A program made the translations under genes and the position numbers. Below are positions 22,881 through 32,009 of a stretch of DNA of 64,000 nucleotides, piece by piece; position 1 is the first letter of the stretch; every line of letters starts with the position of its first letter. The stretch covers positions 41,377 to 105,376 of the forward strand of contig CAWHGX010000025.1 of NCBI GenBank assembly GCA_963828775.1, read 5' to 3'. The notes under the pieces were generated by a model. That model made no database searches. It saw nothing but the letters and a program-made list of their open reading frames with translations, and was not told the DNA's origin. Origin of the DNA: an uncultured Bacteroidales bacterium (GTDB taxonomy: Bacteria > Bacteroidota > Bacteroidia > Bacteroidales > VadinHA17).

Positions 22881-22914
22881 GGATCCTCTCCGGGAGGGGA
22901 AAGTGGTGGGTCAG
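22881..22914 (+). repeat. Pyrimidine-run/G-run hairpin element (variant family, copy 1)
   Basis: GGATCCTCTCCGGGAGGGGAAAGTGGTGGGTCAGG aligns with GGGATCCCCTCCTGGGAGGGGGTGGGGGTGGGT at 31939-31971. Confidence 0.6.
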
Positions 22915-22978
22915 GAAAATGCTTTAAGGCGCAATGGCATAACGGCGTAAAAACAAATATTTATCAAATCATACAATT

Positions 22979-24412
22979 ATGAAAAAATTGGTATTAGCAT
23001 CAGTAATTACTTTATTGATGGTTCAGGGTACTATGGCCCAGAAAACGCTTACAAAGGATGAAAGAATGCAATGGTGGCGCGAAGCACGCTTCGGCATGTT
23101 CATACACTGGGGCGTCTATGCTGTACCGGCAGGCACCTGGGACGGACGTCAGATCGGAGGGATCGGGGAATGGATAATGAATCGCGGTAAAATACCTGTC
23201 GCCGATTATCAGCGTATAGCTAAAGATTTCAATCCGGTCAGATACGATCCTGATGCATGGGTGAGAATGGCGCGCGATGCAGGGATGAAATATATTGTGA
23301 TTACATCCAAGCATCATGACGGTTTTGCTCTTTTTGAAACCAAAGCCAGCAAATGGAATGTGGTGGATGCGACACCTTATGGAAAGGACCTTTTAAAACC
23401 ACTGGCAGAAGCATGCAGAAAATATGGCATAAGACTCGGGTTTTACTATTCCCAGGCCCAGGACTGGAACAATCCCGGAGGATCAGCTGCGAGAAGACCA
23501 ACCAAAGAGGGATGGGCAAATCCCGATTCGGTCATTATAGATGCATATACAAAGGAGCATAATGGTCATTGGGATCCAGCCCAGGAAAAGAGAACATTCA
23601 CTGAATATATCGATGCAGTTTCGGTTCCGCAGGTAAGGGAACTACTGACAAATTATGGTGAACTGGCTGTGCTATGGTGGGATACACCCACGAATATGAC
23701 CGACGAAGCCGCCACGAAACTTCAGTCGCTGCTCTCACTGCAACCTGCAATTGTCACAAACGACAGGCTAAAGCGTCCGAATTTCCCGGGCGACCATAAG
23801 ACACCTGAACAGAGGATCCCTAATCTTGCGGATCTCGACGGAACCGACTGGGAGACATGCATGACAATGAACGGTACATGGGGCTACAAAAGCTACGATC
23901 ATAACTACAAATCGCCTGAGACACTTATTCAGAACCTCCTTGATATTGCATCAAAGGGTGGTAATTTCCTGCTGAATGTGGGTCCCACTGCTGAAGGCGA
24001 ATTCCCTCCTGAAAGTGTGACCATACTATCTGAAATAGGTAAATGGATGAAAGTGAACGGAGAGGCCGTTTATGGAACAAAGGCCAGTCCATGGGGATTA
24101 TTCCCCTGGGGACGATGCACCAAAAAGGAGACTCCGAAAGGCACAACACTTTATTTTTCAGTCTTTGAATGGCCTTCCGACGGGAAAATTGTAATCCCCG
24201 GCTTCAAAAAAAGTATTGTAAGTGCAAAACTGCTTGCAAACGGCGCCAAAGTAAAAACATCAGCCGGCAAGGATGGCTCCATATCAATCACTCTGCCAGC
24301 TGTTGCACCTGATCCAATTGCTTCTGTTATCAGAATCGACATCAGGGGAAAGCTGTCGGATAAAGTTCCGGAAGAAAAAATAAGAAGAATTAAGAATGAA
24401 AAGAATTATTAA
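22979..24412 (+). CDS. GH29 alpha-L-fucosidase, secreted
   Basis: 477-aa ORF with a signal peptide. GH29 motifs are WWREARFGMFIHWGVYAVPA and ITSKHHDGFALF. Confidence 0.9.
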   Translation: MKKLVLASVITLLMVQGTMAQKTLTKDERMQWWREARFGMFIHWGVYAVPAGTWDGRQIGGIGEWIMNRGKIPVADYQRIAKDFNPVRYDPDAWVRMARDAGMKYIVITSKHHDGFALFETKASKWNVVDATPYGKDLLKPLAEACRKYGIRLGFYYSQAQDWNNPGGSAARRPTKEGWANPDSVIIDAYTKEHNGHWDPAQEKRTFTEYIDAVSVPQVRELLTNYGELAVLWWDTPTNMTDEAATKLQSLLSLQPAIVTNDRLKRPNFPGDHKTPEQRIPNLADLDGTDWETCMTMNGTWGYKSYDHNYKSPETLIQNLLDIASKGGNFLLNVGPTAEGEFPPESVTILSEIGKWMKVNGEAVYGTKASPWGLFPWGRCTKKETPKGTTLYFSVFEWPSDGKIVIPGFKKSIVSAKLLANGAKVKTSAGKDGSISITLPAVAPDPIASVIRIDIRGKLSDKVPEEKIRRIKNEKNY

Positions 24413-26304
24413 TCAGTCATTTATATCTTTCCTGATAATCTTATCCGGATTTTTCGTTCCTGCATTTTCAGCCGATTTTCAAACAGAGTTATCGAGTCCC
24501 GACGGAAATATATCTTGCCAAATTACAATAGAAAATGACCAGCTTTTTCTTTCTGTCATGATGAGCGGAATTACGGTTATTGAAAAATCCCCTCTCCGTA
24601 TGTCAATCGGCAGAAATAGCATTACAGATGGCATAAAACCCGGCAAGATCATAAAATCATCTTTTAATGAAAGTTATCCATGGTACGGACTTCACTCCAT
24701 CGCAGTCAATAATTATAATAGTGTGATTATCCCGCTTAAGAGCAAAAAGGATAATACCAGATACACTCTTGAATTAAGGGTCTTCAATGATGCAGCCGGT
24801 TTTAGATTTCTTATACCGGGTGAAGAAAATATTATAAGATATCCCGATGAATCAACCGTTTTCAGGCTTCCTGCGCAAAGCACAGTATGGTATCATGACC
24901 TGTATATGCACTACGAAGGTGTCCATTTGAAAAAGATGACAGATACCATTCCGGCAGGACAATGGGCCGCTCCTCCCCTTACAATAAGACTTCCGGGCGG
25001 TTCAGGATATGCTGCAATCACCGAAGCCAATCTGGTAAGTTACCCAGGCATGGCTTTGCAGAGCGAAGGCAGCAACGGTTTTGCGGTCAGGCTTGGACAT
25101 TCCCATCCGGCTTCATACCCATATGTCCTGCGGTATACAAAGGAAGATGTTGAAAGATTATCGCAGATTGCCGGGATAAAAGGAACCATCACCACACCCT
25201 GGCGGGTAATAATGGCCGGTAAAGATCTTAATACTCTGGTAAATTCAGATGTCCTGCACAATTTATGCCCTTCTCCTGACAAATCACTTTTCTCCAGTGG
25301 TATAAAATCAGACTGGATCCGTCCGGGCAGGGCTGTCTGGAGATATCTTGACGGCGGCGGAGAAACTTCACTGAAAAACATGAAAGAATTCTCGAGAATG
25401 GCATCAGAACTGGGCTTTGAATATAATATCCTTGAAGGATTCTGGAGCCGCTGGCCGGAAGATTCCTTAATAAACCTGGTCGAGTATTCAGCAAAACTGG
25501 GAGTTGGAATAATTGTATGGAAGCACTCAAAAGAGCTGCGCGATCCAAAAACAAGACAGGAATTCTTCCAATATCTGCATGATCATAAAGTTGCAGGTAT
25601 CAAAATCGACTTTTTTGATCATGAGGCAAAGGAGGTGATAGATCTCTATGAATCAATATTTAATGAAGCAGCAGCATCTGAACTGCTTCTTATTCTGCAT
25701 GGTGCCAATAAGCCGACCGGATTATCGCGGACCTGGCCGAATGTTATGATTTATGAGGGAGTAAAAGGCATGGAATCCAGTAAGTTAATGGATCGGGCTA
25801 CTCATGAAACCACCATCCCGTTTACGAGAATGCTTGCAGGACCAGCGGATTATTCAGTGGTTCATTTCGGCGACCGACGCAGGAACACTACCTGGGTTCA
25901 CCAGACTGCAACTGCGGCAATTTTTTCCGCACCTGTTATTACATATGCAGCAACACCCGCACATATTCTTGAAAATCCATGCATGGAAATGATAAAAACC
26001 ATTCCGGCAGTGTGGGATGAAACAATTGTCCTTCCACCTTCAGCGCCTGGAGAAATTGCTGTATTTGCACAGAGGAAAGGCACAACATGGTTCCTTTCTG
26101 TTATTAACGGATTACAGCCAAGGAAGAATAAATGTACCACTTGCTTTTCTTGACACGGGAACCTATGATTCTTTGATACTGAGCGATAAATCAGATAATC
26201 CGGCATCAGTGAATATTTCATCCCGCGATTCACGGCAGACTGATATATTATCTGTCGACCTGGTTCCCGGCGGAGGTTACATGGTAAGATTTACACCAAA
26301 ATGA
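24396..26304 (+). pseudogene. GH97-like glycoside hydrolase, C-terminal about 60 aa in a shifted frame
   Basis: ORF 24396..26153 has a signal peptide, the N-terminus SPDGNISCQITIENDQLFLSV and the catalytic region KIDFFDHEAKE..LHGANKPTGLSRTWPNVMIYEGVKGMES. The C-terminus ..INVPLAFLDTGTYDSLILSDK..VDLVPGGGYMVRFTPK lies in the frame of ORF 26017..26304. The switch is about 26120-26133 (A3 run). Confidence 0.7.
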
Positions 26305-26342
26305 AAATATTTAATTAAAAATGAAGAAAAATGCACTTTTTA

Positions 26343-26372
26343 TTTGATAATTAAAAAAAATTAGTAGTTTTG
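26343..26372 (+). promoter_or_regulatory. Bacteroidota-type promoter candidate for the ilv-leu unit (-33 TTTG, -7 TAGTTTTG)
   Basis: TTTG at 26343-26346 is followed after an 18-nt spacer by TAGTTTTG at 26365-26372, matching the TAnnTTTG consensus. The -7 box ends 23 nt upstream of the leader ORF start. Confidence 0.45.
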
Positions 26373-26394
26373 TCGTTCAATTTAAAAGTAAAGA

Positions 26395-26454
26395 TTGAAT
26401 AGCACTTTAATACATATTATTGCCCTCATCCTCATTATTGCCTATGGCAAATGA
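26395..26454 (+). promoter_or_regulatory. Ile/Leu-rich leader peptide ORF (ilv-leu attenuator)
   Basis: TTG 26395 .. TGA 26452-26454 encodes (M)NSTLIHIIALILIIAYGK, with 6 Ile and 3 Leu in 19 codons. The start codon is non-ATG, so the start is uncertain. Confidence 0.55.
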
Positions 26455-26486
26455 TCCGGGAATAATATGCATTAGTATAAGTATAC

Positions 26487-26521
26487 AAAGCTTTCCGGAT
26501 CAGCCGGAAAGCTTTTTTTTT
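26487..26521 (+). terminator. Intrinsic terminator of the ilv-leu attenuator
   Basis: Perfect 12-bp stem AAAGCTTTCCGG (26487-26498) / CCGGAAAGCTTT (26504-26515), loop ATCAG, and a T9 run to 26521. It ends 18 nt before the ilvD ATG. Confidence 0.8.
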
Positions 26522-26538
26522 AACAAATTATTAGTGAG

Positions 26539-28366
26539 ATGAAGATACAGCTCAGAAGTTCCAGAACAACATCCGGAAGGAAGATGGCCGGTGCAAGAAG
26601 CCTCTGGCGTGCCAACGGCATGAAGGAAAGCCAGTTCGGGAAACCTGTAATTGCTATTGTAAATTCATTCTCACAATTTGTTCCGGGACATGTCCATCTT
26701 CACGATATAGGCCAGATCATAAAAAAGGAAATTGAGAAGCATGGGCTTTTTTCGGCCGAATTCAACACAATAGCGATTGACGACGGGATAGCGATGGGAC
26801 ATGACGGAATGCTTTACTCTCTTCCTTCGAGGGAACTCATTGCCGACAGCGTCGAATTTGTATGTAACGCCCATCTTGCTGACGCAATGATATGCATCAG
26901 CAATTGCGACAAGATTACACCAGGTATGCTGATGGCATCAATGAGGCTTAACATACCGTCAGTTTTTATCTCAGGAGGACCTATGGAGGCAGGAACATTC
27001 CGTGACAGGAATATTGATCTGATTGATGCCATGGTATCTGCAGCTGATGAATCTGTGAGCGATGATGACCTGACTGCAATGGAAATGTCGGCATGCCCTA
27101 CCTGCGGATCATGTTCCGGGATGTTTACTGCTAATTCGATGAATTGCCTTGTTGAAGCACTTGGATTGGCATTGCCGGGCAATGGCACAATCCTGGCTAC
27201 TCATGCAAACAGGATGAAGATGTTCATCAGGGCAGCCGGTCTGATTGTCGAGCTCACAAACAGGTACTACGGCGAAGGGAATACGGACATCCTTCCAAGA
27301 TCCATTGCAACACGGCAGGCATTTATCAACGCGATGTCGCTTGATATTGCAATGGGAGGATCTACCAATACTGTACTGCATCTGCTTGCAATTGCCCATG
27401 AAGCCGGTGTTGATTTTACCATGAAGGACATAGATGAATTATCAGGAAAGATACCAAATATCTGTAAAGTCTCCCCCAGCTCAAAATACCATGTACAGGA
27501 TGTGAACCGGGCTGGAGGAATTCTATCAATAATGGGGGAACTGGAACGGAATAATTTGATCGACAGTTCAGTAAGACGTATCGATTATAAAACACTCGGC
27601 AAGGCTATTGCTGACTGGGATATTATGAGTACAGCAATCAAGCCTGAAGCATTGGATTTCTGGCTGAGCGCTCCCTCAATGCAGAAAAGTACTTTGTTGG
27701 GCTCACACAGCACTTATTACGACAAGCCTGATACTGACAGGGAAAAGGGATGCGTAAGAAGCGTACAGAACGCTTATAATAAGGAAGGAGGTCTTGCTGT
27801 ACTCTATGGCAATATCGCAACAAGCGGATGTATCTTAAAAACTGCCGGAATCGATCCTTCACTATTTGTATTTAAAGGACCTGCCGTAATTTTTGAATCG
27901 CAGGAGGATGCTGCTGATGGCATTCTCAATGGCAGGGTTATGGCAGGCAATGCCGTCGTTATCAGATATGAAGGTCCCCAGAGGAGGCCCCGGAATGCAG
28001 GAAATGCTTTATCCAACCTCCTACCTGAAATCAAAACTGCTCGATAAGAAATGTGCCCTAATAACTGACGGACGATTTTCGGGAGGAACATCCGGATTAT
28101 CAATTGGCCATTTGTCACCTGAAGCTGCAGCTGGCGGAGAAATAGCTCTTCTAAGGGATGGAGACATGATTGAAATAGATGTTGTCAATCGTAAAATAAA
28201 TGCCCTGATATCTGATAAAGAACTTGTTAACAGATTAAATGAGGAAAAGCTGAAAGGAGAAAATGCCTTTAAGCCATTGAAAAGGAGCAGGATTGTTCCT
28301 CCTTCCCTGAAAGCATACGCACAACTGGTAAGTTCAGCGGATAAGGGAGCAGTAAGAATAATCTGA
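26539..28366 (+). pseudogene. ilvD: Dihydroxy-acid dehydratase, one frameshift in a C4 run
   Basis: ORF 26539..28047 (..[12 protein letters not shown].., CDKITPGM) continues in the frame of ORF 27893..28366. Dropping one C from CCCC (27976-27979) gives the conserved ..[45 protein letters not shown]. Confidence 0.9.
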
Positions 28367-28435
28367 AGATAAAAGACAAAATGACAAAATGTTAGGCGGG
28401 AAAAAAGACAGAGGTTAAAAGATAAAAGTGATTAT

Positions 28436-30178
28436 ATGAAGGCTGATAAAAAGACAACGAAGGTTACGGAACAGACGAATGGTGTTGTGACAATTCCGGG
28501 TGCTGAAGCACTTCTGCGATGCCTGGTTGAAGAGGGTGTGGACACTATCTTCGGTTATCCGGGAGGAGCCATCATGCCGGTTTATGACAAACTGCTCGAT
28601 TATGAAGGCAGGATAAAGCACATACTTACCCGGCATGAACAGGGAGCTGCTCATGCAGCACAGGCATATGCCATGGTGACAGGAAAACCAGGCGTATGCT
28701 TTGCAACTTCAGGGCCGGGAGCAACAAACCTTGTCACAGGGATTGCCAATGCTTTTCTCGATTCAGTTCCGGTTGTGTTTATTACAGCTCAGGTCGTCTC
28801 AAGCCTGATCGGGACTGATGCTTTCCAGGAAACTGATATCCTGGGTGTTTCGATGCCGGTAACCAAATGGAATGCACAGATAAAGAAACCGGAGGACATA
28901 CCAGATACAATTGCGAAAGCATTTTTTATTGCCAGGACAGGCCGTCCCGGTCCGGTTCTGATCGATATTGCAAAAGATGCCCAACTCGAGAAGCTTGATT
29001 TCAAATATAGAAAGTGCAATTATATAAGGAGCTATAATCCCAATATCCCATTGCATACCAGGGCAGTTGAATCAGCAGCCATTATGATAAATCATGCTGA
29101 GAGACCTTTGATCCTTGCCGGGCACGGAGTGCTGATCTCGGGCGCGGAAAACGAACTTTTAAAGTTTGCCGAGAAAACTGGTATTCCTGTGGCGGTAACA
29201 CTGCTTGGTCTCTCATCCTTTCCTTCAAACCACCGTCTCTATGCCGGATATCTTGGAATGCATGGAAACTATGCTCCTAACGTCCTTACCAATGAGGCTG
29301 ATCTTATAATTGCGATTGGTATGCGCTTCGATGACCGGGTTACCGGGAACCTGAAAAAATATGCCAAAAATGCCAGGATAATCCATATTGAGATCGATGA
29401 GGCCGAGATCAACAAAAATGTAATCGTCGATCTGGAGATAAATAATGATGCCAGGGAGGTTCTGAACCATCTTATCCCTCTGGTAAAAGATAAAACCTAT
29501 GAAAAATGGATAAGGGAATTCAGGATCCTTGACAAGACAGAATATGAAAAAGTCATCAGGCAGGAAACCATGCCTGAAAAGGGTAATCTCAAGATGGGTG
29601 AAGTTGTGAGGCATGTGTCAGAACTCACAAAAGGAGATGCCATAATCGTGACTGATGTCGGCCAGAACCAGATGTCGGTGGCACGTTATTACAAATTTGC
29701 AATGCCTAACAGCCTGGTTACTTCAGGAGGTATGGGAACGATGGGATTCGGACTTCCTGCATCTATTGGTGCCAAAATCGGTAATCCCGGTAAACAGGTT
29801 GTTGCCTTTCTTGGTGACGGAGGTTTCCAGATGACGATACAGGAATTAGGAACAATACTTCATTACAAGGTTCCCGTAAAAATTATAATATTGAATAACA
29901 ACTTTTTAGGTATGGTCAGGCAGTGGCAGGAAATGTTCTTCTCAAAGAGGTATGCTTCAACCGAATTGGTTAATCCCGATTTTGTAACTATAGCCAAAGG
30001 ATATAAAATCTCAGCCAAAAGGGTATTAAAAAGAGCAGAATTAAAAGATTCCCTTGTTGAAATGCTTGAGTCAGAGGGACCGTACCTGCTTGATATTAAA
30101 ATCGATAAGGAGGCTAATGTCCTTCCGATGATAGAACCCGGTGCTTCGGTATCGGAAGTTACTTTGACATATAAATAA
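28436..30178 (+). CDS. ilvB: Acetolactate synthase large (catalytic) subunit
   Basis: 580-aa ORF. ThDP-enzyme motifs are GYPGGAIMPVYD and GLPASIGAKIG..FLGDGGFQM. Confidence 0.9.
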   Translation: MKADKKTTKVTEQTNGVVTIPGAEALLRCLVEEGVDTIFGYPGGAIMPVYDKLLDYEGRIKHILTRHEQGAAHAAQAYAMVTGKPGVCFATSGPGATNLVTGIANAFLDSVPVVFITAQVVSSLIGTDAFQETDILGVSMPVTKWNAQIKKPEDIPDTIAKAFFIARTGRPGPVLIDIAKDAQLEKLDFKYRKCNYIRSYNPNIPLHTRAVESAAIMINHAERPLILAGHGVLISGAENELLKFAEKTGIPVAVTLLGLSSFPSNHRLYAGYLGMHGNYAPNVLTNEADLIIAIGMRFDDRVTGNLKKYAKNARIIHIEIDEAEINKNVIVDLEINNDAREVLNHLIPLVKDKTYEKWIREFRILDKTEYEKVIRQETMPEKGNLKMGEVVRHVSELTKGDAIIVTDVGQNQMSVARYYKFAMPNSLVTSGGMGTMGFGLPASIGAKIGNPGKQVVAFLGDGGFQMTIQELGTILHYKVPVKIIILNNNFLGMVRQWQEMFFSKRYASTELVNPDFVTIAKGYKISAKRVLKRAELKDSLVEMLESEGPYLLDIKIDKEANVLPMIEPGASVSEVTLTYK

Positions 30179-30182
30179 ATAT

Positions 30183-30246
30183 GCCCCTAAATCCCCTGAA
30201 GGGGAACTTAATAAGAGCCCCGCCATCTGGGGGGGTTGGGGGGTGC
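30183..30246 (+). repeat. C-run/G-run nested-hairpin intergenic element (copy E1)
   Basis: GCCCC-TAAA-TCCCC-TGAA-GGGGA-ACTTAATAAGA-GCCCC-GCCATCT-GGGGGGG-TT-GGGGGG-TGC. It starts 5 nt after the ilvB stop. The first 23 nt are 21/23 identical to the copy at 45559. Confidence 0.7.
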
Positions 30247-30270
30247 AAACAAAAAATAAAAAACTAAACT

Positions 30271-30834
30271 ATGAATAGACAGGAATTTACAATTTCACTT
30301 TTTACTGAGGATCATATAGGTATTCTTAGTCAGATCACAATAATCCTTACACGAAGGCAGATCAACATTGAGAGCATTACAGCTTCCGAATCGGCCGTTA
30401 AAGGTGTTCAGATGCTCACCCTGGTCGTGAAGACCACTGCTGAAATGGTCCAGAAGGTAGCCCGTCAGATGCAAAAACTTGTTGACGTACTGAAAGTCTT
30501 TGTCCATACTTCTGATGAAATAATACACCAGGAGATAGCTCTTTACAAGGTCAGGACCAAAGGCCTGATGTCCGGTGATATTGTCGATAATATTGTTCGT
30601 GGCCATAATGGCCGTATTCTGGAAGTCACTCCGGAATATATGGTAATTGAAAAAACCGGGCATAAAGCTGAAATAAACGAATTGCTCCATCAGCTTGAAC
30701 CCTGCGGAATTCTGCAGTATGTCAGGTCGGGCAGGGTTGCAATCACCAGACAGGTCAAGGAGCTCAATGCCTATCTTGAGGAAATGGATGAGGCCAACCA
30801 GTATAAACCGGACAAAGTAGAGTCATTTAACTGA
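30271..30834 (+). CDS. ilvN: Acetolactate synthase small (regulatory) subunit
   Basis: 187-aa ORF with an ACT-domain N-terminus FTISLFTEDHIGILSQITIILTRRQINIESI. It lies between ilvB and ilvC. Confidence 0.85.
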   Translation: MNRQEFTISLFTEDHIGILSQITIILTRRQINIESITASESAVKGVQMLTLVVKTTAEMVQKVARQMQKLVDVLKVFVHTSDEIIHQEIALYKVRTKGLMSGDIVDNIVRGHNGRILEVTPEYMVIEKTGHKAEINELLHQLEPCGILQYVRSGRVAITRQVKELNAYLEEMDEANQYKPDKVESFN

Positions 30835-30868
30835 TACATTAATTATTCACCCGTAACTTAAAATCACC

Positions 30869-31919
30869 ATGGCAAAAATTGATTTCGGAGGAGTTATTGA
30901 AGACGTTGTGACAAGGGATGAGTTCCCTCTTTCAAGAGCACGTGAAGTGCTTAAAAACGAAATTGTTGCAGTAATCGGTTATGGAGTTCAGGGACCCGCC
31001 CAGGCACTTAATATGAAAGACAATGGCATAAAGGTCATTGTCGGCCAGGCTCCTGAATTCAAAGCCGACTGGGATAAAGCGGTAGCTGACGGTTTTATCC
31101 CGGGCAGGACCCTGTTCAATGTTGAAGAGGCCGCAAAAAAAGGAACTATCATACAGTATCTCGTATCGGATGCTGCCCAGAGAATTCTATGGCCCAAACT
31201 CAAACCCTGCCTTGAAAAGGGAGATGCACTCTATTTTTCACATGGCTTCTCAATAACCTACAAGGAACATACAGGTGTTATACCTCCTGAAAATGTTGAC
31301 GTGATCCTGTGTGCTCCGAAAGGTTCCGGAACCAGCGTCCGACGAAATTTCCTGGCTGGAACGGGAATAAATTCAAGCTATTCCGTATTCCAGGATTCTA
31401 CCGGAAAAGCAACTGACCGGATCCTGGCTCTTGGGATAGCTATCGGATCAGGCTATCTGTTCCCGACCACTTTTGAGAAGGAGGTCTTTTCGGATCTTAC
31501 CGGGGAAAGAGGCGTACTTATGGGCGCACTGGCTGGTATTATGGATGCACAATACCAGGTATTGCGTAAAAACGGACACTCCCCTTCGGAAGCCTTCAAT
31601 GAAACAGTTGAAGAACTGACACAGAGCCTTATCCGGCTGGTCGATGAAAAGGGAATGGACTGGATGTATGCCAACTGCAGTGCAACAGCACAGCGCGGAG
31701 CGCTTGACTGGCGTCCGAAATTCAAGGCGGCAGTCCTTCCGGTTTTTGAAGAACTCTACAAAAAAGTGAAGTCGGGAGAGGAATGCGTAAGGGTTCTGAA
31801 ATCTACCGGTGCTCCAGATTATAAAGAACTGCTGGATGCTGAATTGAAAGGAACTGGGTAGCTCTGAATTATGGAGAGCAGGAGCTGCCGTACGGAAACT
31901 CAGACCTGTGAAAAAGTAG
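30869..31919 (+). pseudogene. ilvC: Ketol-acid reductoisomerase, C-terminal frameshift
   Basis: ORF 30869..31861 ends prematurely (..LDAELKGTG*). The alternative frame has a TGA at 31845-31847 and then reads KELGSSELWRAGAAVRKLRPVKK* (stop 31917-31919), a typical KARI tail. The shift must therefore lie in AAAG(G) at 31847-31851. Confidence 0.85.
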
Positions 31920-31933
31920 AAGATAAGAACCAA

Positions 31934-31971
31934 TCCCCGGGATCCCCTCCTGGGAGGGGGTGGGGGTGGGT
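31934..31971 (+). repeat. Pyrimidine-run/G-run hairpin element (variant family, copy 2)
   Basis: TCCCCGGGATCCCCTCCTGGGAGGGGGTGGGGGTGGGT, 15 nt after the corrected ilvC stop. It is homologous to 22881-22914. Confidence 0.6.
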
Positions 31972-32009
31972 AAAAAATATGAATTTATAGAATTAATAAT
32001 CAATCAATA

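Noticed and set aside
26444-26542. The ATG-initiated 32-codon ORF (MANDPGIICISISIQ..) overlapping the ilv terminator and the ilvD start, considered as the true ilv leader.
   Set aside because: It is not fully rejected and is kept as an alternative. I rank it lower because it must be translated through the terminator stem, and its geometry differs from the other three leaders in the window.
30229-30243. The G-runs of the hairpin elements, considered as G-quadruplex-forming sequences.
   Set aside because: Each element has only three clear G-tracts on one strand, and all of them have complementary C-tracts nearby that would favour duplex hairpins. Run lengths are also unreliable in this assembly. 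I mention this only as a possibility within the element finding.
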